A stretch of DNA of 9,845 nt, taken from the sequence record OY723374.1; one strand, written 5' to 3'. Position 1 is the first letter of the stretch, and each line of letters starts with the position of its first letter. The position numbers and the translations under genes were made by a program. Below are positions 1 through 6,513 of this stretch, in pieces. Below the pieces are notes generated by a model. The model had not been told where the DNA came from and did no database searches. It saw only the letters and a program-made list of their open reading frames with translations.

Positions 1-435
1 CCCCTAAAATGAGCACTTTTGGACCCCTTTTGGCACCCCTTGGATCCCTTAGTGTACTGGTGGCATGTGCATATCCCCTGATGCCTCTTTATCGAGGGAA
101 TGGGGATACCTGCATACCATACAGTATCTGTGTTACTAGTGGGTATCAGCACATCTCCTGAAACATGTCATTTCGTGACATGATCTAGTCGAGATGAGCG
201 AATCCACTACTATTGCATATCATGGTGTAATGAGCTATACAGAGTACTACAGGTATTGGGGGTATCCCTAATGGCAGCATATGCCCCATTAGAGGTATGC
301 ACCATATCCCCTAGTATCCCTTACAGCACATACCATGTACAGGTACTCATTAGTAGTATAGAATGTGTATGTCATGACACCAAAACACATGTTTCGAGAC
401 ATCTGAACACATGGTTTGCACGTATGATCATATAC

Positions 436-625
436 AGTATCTAGTGATACACAGGATACTAGTAGTATGCACGGAGGATATGAGGGGTACGGGATACCCC
501 TATATCATAGCCTAACAGCATACACTACGAGTACTATGTATACCATGGATACTACATGTATACTACTACGGGTAGGTACTCATGAGCAGTATCATCATGT
601 AAATGCATGCATTTGATGACATGAA
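436..625 (+). repeat. Sub-repeat B, copy 1 (3' part of H, ends in K)
   Basis: agtatctagtgatacacaggatactagtagtatgcacgg...catgcatttgatgacatgaa. Aligns without gaps to 1263-1452 with about 11 mismatches in 190 bp. Confidence 0.85.
605..625 (+). repeat. K junction motif, exact
   Basis: gcatgcatttgatgacatgaa. Confidence 0.95.
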
Positions 626-846
626 GTACTCATTATGAGTAGGTATACACATCTAATACCACTAGTACAACACCATACACACCATTAGTACCATGTATCC
701 TATGGTATACAGTACATGGGGAGTACGGGTACCATTACACCATGCAGAGGTGTATGGAGTACTATATGGTATATAGGGAGTATCCAGTAGACACCAGATA
801 TCATGTACTTGCATGCATTTGATGACATGAAACACATGATTCGATG
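626..846 (+). repeat. 221-bp sub-repeat C, copy 1
   Basis: The unit runs gtactcattatgagtaggtatacacatctaataccactagtac...tatccagtagacaccagatatcatg..K..cacatgattcgatg. The same unit occurs at 1014, 2342, 5495 and 7387. Confidence 0.85.
811..831 (+). repeat. K junction motif, exact
   Basis: gcatgcatttgatgacatgaa followed by acacatgattcgatg. Confidence 0.95.
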
Positions 847-1013
847 TACTCATTAACAGTATGCATACACACTAAGTACTCAGTATACACCATTACTAGT
901 ACTATGTACAGTATAGGGGATACCTGCAGTATATACCCCATGTACTAGTGGACCCCATATCCCTCAAGGGAACTGGATGAAGGTCCAACTTGCAGAGCAT
1001 GTGGTGTCTACAT
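847..1013 (+). repeat. Divergent C-related unit Cx (no K at its 3' end)
   Basis: Patchy similarity to Cy: ccattactagtactatgtacag resembles ccactaacactagtactacag, and ccctcaagggaactggatgaaggtccaacttgcag resembles ccgtacaaggggaaccataaggatccgcccttgcag. Confidence 0.55.
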
Positions 1014-1234
1014 GTACTCATTAGCAGTATGCATACACATCTAATACCACTAGTACTACACCATGTACACCATTAGTACCATGTATACAGTAGTATACAG
1101 TACATGGGGCATACAGGTACATACCACCATTACAGAGGTGTATGGAGTACTATATGTATCTATGAGGGTATCCAGTAGTCACCAGATATCATGATATTGC
1201 ATGCATTTGATGACATGAAACACATGATTCGATG
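1014..1234 (+). repeat. 221-bp sub-repeat C, copy 2
   Basis: Same head, core and tail as 626-846, with scattered substitutions and small indels. Confidence 0.85.
1199..1219 (+). repeat. K junction motif, exact
   Basis: Preceded by the 12-bp palindrome atatcatgatat (1186-1197). Confidence 0.95.
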
Positions 1235-1262
1235 TGCTCATTAGTAGTATGTATACACATAT

Positions 1263-1452
1263 AGTATCTAGTGATACACAGGATACTAGTAGTATGCACG
1301 GAGGGTATGAGGGATGCAGGATACCCCTATACCATAGCCTAACAGCATACACTACGAGTACCATGTATACCATGGATACCACATGTATACTACTACGAGT
1401 AGGTACTCATGAGTAGTATCATCATGTAATTGCATGCATTTGATGACATGAA
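1263..1452 (+). repeat. Sub-repeat B, copy 2
   Basis: Ungapped alignment to 436-625 (offset 827) and to 5075-5264. Confidence 0.85.
1432..1452 (+). repeat. K junction motif, exact
   Basis: Lies at the B2-to-D1 junction. The exact 671-bp duplication begins 3 bp upstream. Confidence 0.95.
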
Positions 1453-1678
1453 AACACATGATTTGATGTACTCAGATTACATGATTATGGTGATATCCAG
1501 TACATCACCAGATCCCTTAGAGACCATGGGGATCACTACATATGCTATAAGGAGTACACATGCTCTGCATGGTACCTATATCATAGGGTAGGGGGTATCC
1601 CTCATGATACCTATGGAGACCATATCCTCTAGATACATGGTATGTGCTCAGAGGATGGTGCCATGGTATGAGGTCCCC

Positions 1679-1892
1679 AAAAGGGTCTAAATACATGATT
1701 TAGGGGTCTAAAATGACCACTTTTGGCACCTTTCTGGAGGTACCAAAACGGGTGATTCAATCCCCCAAAAGGGGTCCGCAAATCAAGCCCAGAAATGGTC
1801 ATAAAAAGGGCTCGTGGGGGTACCCCCATGAGCACTTTTGGGACCCTAAAATGGGTGATTTAGACCCCTAAAATGGTGTATTTAGACCCTTT
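1679..1892. other. Tract of A/T runs spaced about 10-12 bp apart (3' half of module D)
   Basis: A/T-run centres lie near 1680.5, 1690, 1700, 1711.5, 1722.5, 1732, 1746.5, 1758, 1768.5, 1781, 1794, 1805, 1837.5, 1849.5, 1860, 1871.5, 1882 and 1891. Copies are at 2966-3179 and 6723-6937. Confidence 0.65.
1687..1703. other. 6-5-6 palindrome ctaaat-acatg-atttag in module D
   Basis: Seen directly. The same sequence occurs at 2974-2990 and 6731-6747. Confidence 0.8.
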
Positions 1893-1910
1893 CGGAGGGG
1901 TACAGGCAAC

Positions 1911-2094
1911 GAGTACTACTAGATACATACCAGCAGACCATGTATCCTATGGTATATAGGACATGGGGGCTACGGGTACCATTACACCATTACGGGAGTA
2001 TATGGAGTACTATGGGTATCTAGAGGAGTCCCTGTAACACCAGATATCATGGTATTGGCATGCATTTGATGACATGAAAACACATGATTTGATG
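1911..2094 (+). repeat. 184-bp sub-repeat C' (diverged C-type unit), copy 1
   Basis: gagtactactagatacataccagcagaccatgtatcctatggtatatagg...ggcatgcatttgatgacatgaaaacacatgatttgatg. It aligns with the C core and tail. Confidence 0.85.
2058..2078 (+). repeat. K junction motif, exact
   Basis: Followed by aacacatgatttgatgacatgaa, a partial second copy. Confidence 0.95.
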
Positions 2095-2120
2095 ACATGA
2101 AATGAGTAGGTATACACATC

Positions 2121-2252
2121 TAATGACAGGATATGGCATACGGGATACCTGAGGAGACCACCTCCACAGGGAATACCCTCTCTGCACATCCAGGCTACCG
2201 AGAGGCCTACGGGGAGTATCCCCATACCTCTAAGGAGCCATTATGGCCATTA
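2121..2252 (+). repeat. 132-bp module E, subtype a, copy 1
   Basis: taatgacaggatatggcatacgggatacctgaggagaccacctccacagggaataccctctctgcacatccaggctaccgagaggcctacggggagtatcccc...ccattatggccatta. It sits between a C-type head and a C-type tail. Confidence 0.9.
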
Positions 2253-2297
2253 GGGAGTATCCAGCACATCATTAGATACACGGAATATCATGTAATT

Positions 2298-2318
2298 GCA
2301 TAGATTTGATGACATGAA
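2298..2318 (+). repeat. K junction motif, variant with 2 mismatches
   Basis: gcatagatttgatgacatgaa followed by atcatgtgttttgatgacatgaa. Confidence 0.85.
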
Positions 2319-2341
2319 ATCATGTGTTTTGATGACATGAA

Positions 2342-2562
2342 GTACTCATTATGAGTAGGTATACACATCTAATACCACTAGTACAACACCATACACACCA
2401 TTAGTACCATGTATCCTATGGTATACAGTACATGGGGAGTACGGGTACCATTACACCATGCAGAGGTGTATGGAGTACTATATGGTATATAGGGAGTATC
2501 CAGTAATCACCAGATATCATGTAATGGCATGCATTTGATGACATGAAACACATGATTTGATG
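2342..2562 (+). repeat. 221-bp sub-repeat C, copy 3
   Basis: Nearly identical to 626-846. The 106-aa minus-strand ORF 2416-2736 is an accident of this repeat. Confidence 0.85.
2527..2547 (+). repeat. K junction motif, exact
   Basis: gcatgcatttgatgacatgaa. Confidence 0.95.
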
Positions 2563-2754
2563 ATATGAAGTACTCGATATGTACTCATTATGGTACCCAC
2601 TAACACTAGTACTACAGCATATCCGTACAAGGGGAACCATAAGGATCCGCCCTTGCAGGTATTTGGGTACTATATGATGTATAGAGGGTATCCAGTAGAC
2701 ACCAGATATCATGATATTGCATGCATTTGATGACATGAAAACACATGATTTGAT
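2563..2754 (+). repeat. 192-bp sub-repeat Cy, copy 1
   Basis: It has a C-type tail and K but a different core. It matches 7608-7799 at offset 5045. Confidence 0.8.
2719..2739 (+). repeat. K junction motif, exact
   Basis: Lies at the Cy1-to-D2 junction. Preceded by atatcatgatat (2706-2717). Confidence 0.95.
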
Positions 2755-3197
2755 GTACTCAGATTACATGATTATGGTGATATCCAGTACATCACCAGAT
2801 CCCTTAGAGACCATGGGGATCACTACATATGCTATAAGGAGTACACATGCTCTGCATGGTACCTATATCATAGGGTAGGGGGTATCCCTCATGATACCTA
2901 TGGAGACCATATCCTCTAGATACATGGTATGTGCTCAGAGGATGGTGCCATGGTATGAGGTCCCCAAAAGGGTCTAAATACATGATTTAGGGGTCTAAAA
3001 TGACCACTTTTGGCACCTTTCTGGAGGTACCAAAACGGGTGATTCAATCCCCCAAAAGGGGTCCGCAAATCAAGCCCAGAAATGGTCATAAAAAGGGCTC
3101 GTGGGGGTACCCCCATGAGCACTTTTGGGACCCTAAAATGGGTGATTTAGACCCCTAAAATGGTGTATTTAGACCCTTTCGGAGGGGTACAGGCAAC
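2755..3197 (+). repeat. 443-bp module D, copy 2
   Basis: Offset 1287 from D1. The 68-aa ORFs 1629-1835 and 2916-3122 are identical. Confidence 0.9.
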
Positions 3198-3381
3198 GAG
3201 TACTACTAGATACATACCAGCAGACCATGTATCCTATGGTATATAGGACATGGGGGCTACGGGTACCATTACACCATTACGGGAGTATATGGAGTACTAT
3301 GGGTATCTAGAGGAGTCCCTGTAACACCAGATATCATGGTATTGGCATGCATTTGATGACATGAAAACACATGATTTGATG
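3198..3381 (+). repeat. Sub-repeat C', copy 2
   Basis: Identical to 1911-2094 at offset 1287. Confidence 0.9.
3345..3365 (+). repeat. K junction motif, exact
   Basis: Offset 1287 from 2058. Confidence 0.95.
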
Positions 3382-3407
3382 ACATGGAATGGGTCGGAAT
3401 GGGTACC

Positions 3408-3539
3408 TAATGACAGGATATGGCATACGGGATACCTGAGGAGATCACCTCCACAGGGAATGTCCCTCCGTGCATCCTGGGCTACCGAGAGGCCTACGGG
3501 GAGTATCCCCATATCCTCTGAGAGCCATTATGACCATTA
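3408..3539 (+). repeat. 132-bp module E, subtype b, copy 1
   Basis: Same length and flanks as subtype a, but the central segment is gggaatgtccctccgtgcatcctgggc. Confidence 0.9.
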
Positions 3540-3588
3540 CGAGCATCCCGGAGAGCATATCTGAGGACCTGAAATCCATGGTTTGGGG

Positions 3589-3608
3589 TCTAAAATGATG
3601 ATTTTAGA
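3589..3608. other. Perfect 8-4-8 palindrome tctaaaat-gatg-attttaga
   Basis: The reverse complement of tctaaaat is attttaga. A related half-dyad follows (tctcaaaatgatggatttgg). Confidence 0.85.
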
Positions 3609-3650
3609 GGTCTCAAAATGATGGATTTGGGGTCTGGAATCATGAGATCC

Positions 3651-3694
3651 GGGGGTCTGGGGATGCCATGGGTATGGGATCCAGGGATGCAGGG
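3651..3694 (+). other. G-quadruplex-type motif with six G-runs of at least 3 G
   Basis: gggggtctggggatgccatgggtatgggatccagggatgcaggg. The loops are 3, 7, 3, 5 and 5 nt. Confidence 0.7.
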
Positions 3695-3931
3695 ATCCAG
3701 AGACCATGAGGGCATACAGACCATATGCACTACATACCATGGTGTGTGTAGTAGGGATACAGACCACTATGGATACCATCACCATTAGATACATACTATG
3801 AGACCATATGCTGTGGGTATCGGATTAGGGGTCTGGGGATGTGCAGATCTGGAGACCATGAGCGGATCCGGAGACCATCAGATCATGAGATATGGGGTCC
3901 GGGGATGCTCGCGATGTATCTGAGGACCTGT

Positions 3932-3979
3932 GCAGATAGGTATGCAGATAGGTATGCAGATAGGTATGCAGATAGGTAT
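3932..3979 (+). repeat. 12-bp minisatellite (gcagataggtat) x4, perfect
   Basis: Four contiguous identical units. They produce the LHTY repeat in the minus-strand ORF 3825-4142. Confidence 0.95.
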
Positions 3980-4184
3980 AGGCATTAGGTACTAAGGACT
4001 CGCAGAGAGGTACTGAGGACATGCACAGAGGACATGGCACAGAGGATACGGGCATACAGACCATGCAGATAGGTACTAAGGACTCGCAGACCATAGGTAT
4101 TAGGTATCTGAGGACACGGATGCCATGATCTGAGGACCCCAAGACCTCCAGAAATGGGGTATCTGAGGTATCCCGAGACCTCCC

Positions 4185-4229
4185 AAAATGGGTGTTTTGG
4201 ACCCTAAATCACTCGTTTTGGGACCCTTT
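4185..4229. other. Phased A/T tracts: AAAA, TTTT, AAA, TTTT, TTT at 10-10.5 bp spacing
   Basis: Runs are at 4185-88, 4195-98, 4206-08, 4216-19 and 4227-29, separated by GG/CC runs. A copy lies at 9391-9435. Confidence 0.7.
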
Positions 4230-4382
4230 CTGGGTGCTCTCAGACCCCTCCCCAATGCCATCCCTAAGGTGCTCCTAAGGGATTCGGGCCCGTACCCCTC
4301 AGATAGGGTATCCCAGAGGGTGTCGGATTGGGGGTCTGGAGGTGCTCGGAACCCCTAAATTGTGTGCCCTTAGTGTATAGTA

Positions 4383-4401
4383 ACACACGCGCGCGCGCGC
4401 G
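4383..4401. repeat. (AC)3(GC)7 alternating purine-pyrimidine tract
   Basis: acacacgcgcgcgcgcgcg, 19 bp of strict R/Y alternation. Confidence 0.9.
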
Positions 4402-4424
4402 AAGGGCGGATCCGAGTCAGGCAG

Positions 4425-4536
4425 AAAACGAATGCATCATTTTGGACCCTTTTGGAGACATTAGGGGTCTTAATGTGCACTTTCGCGACCCCAAAAGGCC
4501 CAAAAGTGCCTAAAATGGGTCATTTTATGCCCTTTC
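4425..4536. other. Phased A/T tracts at about 10-11 bp spacing near the unit junction
   Basis: Runs are centred near 4426.5, 4441.5, 4451.5, 4461, 4472, 4482, 4494.5, 4503.5, 4513.5, 4525 and 4535. A copy lies at 9631-9742. Confidence 0.6.
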
Positions 4537-5074
4537 CGGATGCACACAATGGGAATGCCATCGCCGGAGACCATATTCCTTACAGTGACCTTAGGAATAT
4601 GAGTACGCGAAATCGGGGCAATTATGCCATTTACGGGTACCCCTAAAATGAGCACTTTTGGACCCCTTTTGGCACCCCTTGGATCCCTTAGTGTACTGGT
4701 GGCATGTGCATATCCCCTGATGCCTCTTTATCGAGGGAATGGGGATACCTGCATACCATACAGTATCTGTGTTACTAGTGGGTATCGGCACACCTCCCAA
4801 AACATGTCATTTCGTGACATGATCTAGTCGAGATGAGCGAATCCACTACTATTGCATATCATGGTGTAATGAGCTATACAGAGTACTACAGGTATTGGGG
4901 GTATCCCTAATGGCAGCATATGCCCCATTAGAGGTATGCACCATATCCCCTAGTATCCCTTACAGCACATACCATGTACAGGTACTCATTAGTAGTATAG
5001 AATGTGTATGTCATGACACCAAAACACATGTTTCGAGACATCTGAACACATGGTTTGCACGTATGATCATATAC

Positions 5075-5264
5075 AGTATCTAGTGATACACAGGATACTA
5101 GTAGTATGCACGGAGGATATGAGGGGTACGGGATACCCCTATATCATAGCCTAACAGCATACACTACGAGTACTATGTATACCATGGATACTACATGTAT
5201 ACTACTACGGGTAGGTACTCATGAGCAGTATCATCATGTAATTGCATGCATTTGATGACATGAA
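5075..5264 (+). repeat. Sub-repeat B, copy 3 (inside H copy 2)
   Basis: Offset 4639 from 436-625. Confidence 0.85.
5244..5264 (+). repeat. K junction motif, exact
   Basis: Marks the end of H copy 2. U1 and U2 diverge within about 35 bp downstream. Confidence 0.95.
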
Positions 5265-5283
5265 ATGAGTAGGTATACACATC

Positions 5284-5415
5284 TAATGACAGGATATGGC
5301 ATACGGGATACCTGAGGAGACCACCTCCACAGGGAATACCCTCTCTGCACATCCAGGCTACCGAGAGGCCTACGGGGAGTATCCCCATACCTCTAAGGAG
5401 CCATTATGGCCATTA
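5284..5415 (+). repeat. 132-bp module E, subtype a, copy 2
   Basis: Matches 2121-2252. It follows H directly in U2. Confidence 0.9.
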
Positions 5416-5450
5416 GGGAGTATCCAGTAGTCACCAGATATCATGATATT

Positions 5451-5471
5451 GCATGCATTTGATGACATGAA
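5451..5471 (+). repeat. K junction motif, exact
   Basis: Preceded by atatcatgatat (5438-5449). Confidence 0.95.
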
Positions 5472-5494
5472 AACACATGATTTGATGACATGAA

Positions 5495-5704
5495 GTACTC
5501 ATTATGAGTAGGTACACACATCTAATACCAGTAGTACTACACCATACACACCATTAGTACCATGTATCCTATGGTATACAGTACATGGGGAGTACGGGTA
5601 CCATACCACCATTGCAGAGGTGTATGGAGTACTATGAGTATCTAGAGAGTACTAGTAGTATCATGTATTGATACATCTAATGACATGAAACACATGGTTT
5701 GATG
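5495..5704 (+). repeat. Sub-repeat C, copy 4 (3' third degenerate)
   Basis: The head and core match C. The tail and K are degenerate (gatacatctaatgacatgaaacacatggtttgatg). Confidence 0.75.
5670..5689 (+). repeat. K junction motif, degenerate
   Basis: gatacatctaatgacatgaa followed by acacatggtttgatg. Confidence 0.6.
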
Positions 5705-6496
5705 TATCTAATGATGTACTTAATGGATAGGTATACACATCGTATTAGTGCATAGTATCTCTACATGGTCTATACACTGCCATACAGGGAGTGAGGGACC
5801 AGGAGGGAGACTATGCACTAGTAGACGATAACGTGACCTTTAACATTACCCTCTATAGTGTACTAGCATAAGCACAGTAGGACCACTACACAGTACACAC
5901 CATGGAGTGGAGTATCCTTGCTACACACTCCTGATGGCATATACCAGTCTAAGAGGAGTATCCCACTACTAGTACTAGTAGATGTACTCGTGCTATTAGA
6001 CACTATGGGTATGTTGGAGGTACCTATCATCCACTATCCGTAACACACTACATACTGTTCCTGCCATCAGCAGTACACGAATGGAGTGCATGTACTAGTG
6101 TGTAGTATATGGGTGATACCGTAGCGGCATGATTACTAGGACGTATAGCATGTACGAATCACTGTCTCTATCACCACATGTACTACTAGTAGTATGTAGA
6201 GATGCACACCATACAGTATACTAGTACTCATCATACCATGCAATGTATACAATGGTGGTATGGAATACATGATACAATGGTGGTATGGAATGATGTAGTA
6301 GTATGAGTAGTACTATGAACAGATACACTACTATCTGCATGCACAGAATAGGTCATCCTCAGGGATAGCACCTTAACCCTGTACCATACCATACAGTGGT
6401 ACTATGGTGGTATGGCATGCATGTACTAGTAGTATGTAGTAGTATGTACTCATCATACCATCAGATCATGAGATCATGGCATCAGATCATGTCATC
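5705..6496. other. U2-specific segment, single copy within this window (792 bp)
   Basis: I found no counterpart in U1 or elsewhere in U2. The flanks are a degenerate K (5670-5704) and the K 3' extension aaaacacatgatttgatg (6497-6514). No ORF on the supplied track overlaps it. Confidence 0.8.
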
Positions 6497-6513
6497 AAAA
6501 CACATGATTTGAT

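Larger units (their letters stand above)
1..625 (+). repeat. Head module H, copy 1
   Basis: Collinear with 4640-5264. I counted about 5 substitutions and no indels. The identical 62-aa ORFs at 256-444 and 4895-5083 reflect this duplication. Confidence 0.9.
1468..1910 (+). repeat. 443-bp module D, copy 1
   Basis: gtactcagattacatgattatggtgatatccag...ggaggggtacaggcaac. I found no difference from 2755-3197. Confidence 0.9.
1..4639 (+). repeat. Higher-order repeat unit, copy U1 (4,639 bp)
   Basis: 1-625 matches 4640-5264 (offset 4639). About 1452-2965 matches about 6497-8010 (offset about 5045). 3388-4639 matches 8605-9845 (offset 5217, falling to 5206). All matches are in direct orientation. 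Confidence 0.9.
3388..4639 (+). repeat. Tail block F, copy 1 (1,252 bp; an E-b copy lies at its 5' end)
   Basis: Collinear with 8605-9845. The differences I saw are a +1 T indel, a 12-bp minisatellite unit and a handful of substitutions. Confidence 0.9.
4640..5264 (+). repeat. Head module H, copy 2
   Basis: Collinear with 1-625 at offset 4639. Confidence 0.9.

Noticed and set aside
2-8. Telomere-like heptamer ccctaaa, also near 1844, 1866, 3131, 3153, 4202, 4349 and 4641 and at the corresponding positions in the other repeat copies.
   Set aside because: Only isolated single heptamers occur, embedded in the AAAA/TTTT dyad words, and never in tandem. This is not a telomeric or interstitial telomere tract.
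1488-1510. A 7-9-7 inverted repeat, tggtgat-atccagtac-atcacca, at the start of module D (copies at 2775, 6533 and 7820).
   Set aside because: It is real but short. In DNA this rich in palindromic words, such small dyads are expected by chance, so no function is proposed.
1717-1729. ccacttttggcac, which loosely resembles the dinoflagellate spliced-leader core (ccattttggc, from memory).
   Set aside because: It has an extra base, lacks the flanking SL sequence and lacks a splice-donor context. It belongs to the abundant ccaaaa/ttttgg word family.
2141-2200. Short patches in E (ctgagg, gaccac, gggaatacc) that, from memory, resemble the 3' domain of 5S rRNA.
   Set aside because: Only a few short words match. 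I could find no 5' half or box A-like region and no terminal helix complementarity. This should be settled by an Rfam RF00001 covariance-model scan and is not called here.
2416-2736. 106-aa minus-strand ORFs at 2416-2736 and 7461-7781.
   Set aside because: They run through C and Cy sub-repeats and contain K twice, which produces the internally repeated FMSSNAC(H/N)(Y/I)MISG(D/V)YWI peptide. The simpler explanation is read-through of tandem DNA repeats rather than a gene.
3297-3564. Overlapping ORFs on both strands across E copies (for example 3361-3564 on + and 3297-3512 on -).
   Set aside because: Open frames on both strands are what the locally GC-richer, stop-poor E module would produce. 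The a and b subtypes differ by clustered non-conservative changes.
3825-4142. 105/101-aa ORFs with a (LHTY)n repeat at 3825-4142 and 9043-9348.
   Set aside because: The peptide repeat is just the 12-bp minisatellite read in frame. The copy number differs between units, and I recognise no protein family.
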